Of a DNA stretch of 64,000 nt, positions 63,783 to 64,000 are shown piece after piece. Made by a program: the position numbers and the translations under genes. The notes beneath the pieces were generated by a model. The model saw only the letters and a program-made list of their open reading frames with translations. It did no database searches and was not told the origin of the DNA. The stretch covers positions 27,835,458 through 27,899,457 of the forward strand of contig NC_057719.1 of assembly GCF_004010195.1 (NCBI RefSeq), read 5' to 3'. Source of the stretch: Chiloscyllium plagiosum. Lineage: Eukaryota. Every line of letters starts with the position of its first letter. Within the stretch, counting starts at the first letter, position 1.

Positions 63783-64000
63783 AGCATAGAATAAAACAGA
63801 ATATCCACAATGTGGAAACAGGCCATTTGCCCCAATAAGTCTACACTGACGCTCCAAAGAGTATCCCACCCAGATCCATTCCCCTACCCTATTACTCTAC
63901 ATTTACCCTTGACTAATGCACCTAGCCGACACATCCCTGATTGCTATGGGCAATTTGCTATGGGCAATTTAACATGGCCAATTCACCTAACCTGCAGATC
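63783..64000 (-). mobile_element. HE1-type SINE 3' part (cut by the window edge)
   Basis: Reverse-complement match to 4790-4930. Confidence 0.8.

Overview
Vertebrate genomic DNA, most likely a cartilaginous fish. The basis is HE1-type V-SINEs plus CR1, L2, Rex1 and Penelope repeats; a bamboo/carpet shark is my inference. The window holds one complete protein-coding gene on the minus strand, HIF1A (hypoxia-inducible factor 1-alpha). I reconstructed 15 coding exons by hand, from ATG at 60602 to TAA at 656: 2454 nt, 817 aa, with all intron phases consistent. The protein has bHLH, PAS-A, PAS-B/PAC, both LxxLAP prolines (P397, P555), an RKRK NLS and the C-TAD asparagine (N794). A CpG-island promoter lies at about 60.2-61.0 kb and the 3' UTR runs off the left edge. 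Introns are full of retroelements. Highlights: (1) short Penelope-derived elements carrying minimal hammerhead-ribozyme cores, with long target-site duplications and fold-back structure; two intact cores lie in the sense of the HIF1A pre-mRNA. (2) A GC donor on exon 14, whose skipping or cryptic splicing gives an immediate Ile-stop C-TAD-less isoform. (3) A NAGNAG acceptor on exon 2. (4) Unusual substitutions in the basic region (Phe at human Ser28) and the C-TAD (LPTL, L818V). (5) 3' UTR blocks that resemble the mammalian HIF1A UTR as I recall it. (6) Solo LTRs and an L1 promoter in intron 1. (7) A 190-bp templated duplication bracketing exon 6. Comparisons with human are from memory and need alignment to confirm.
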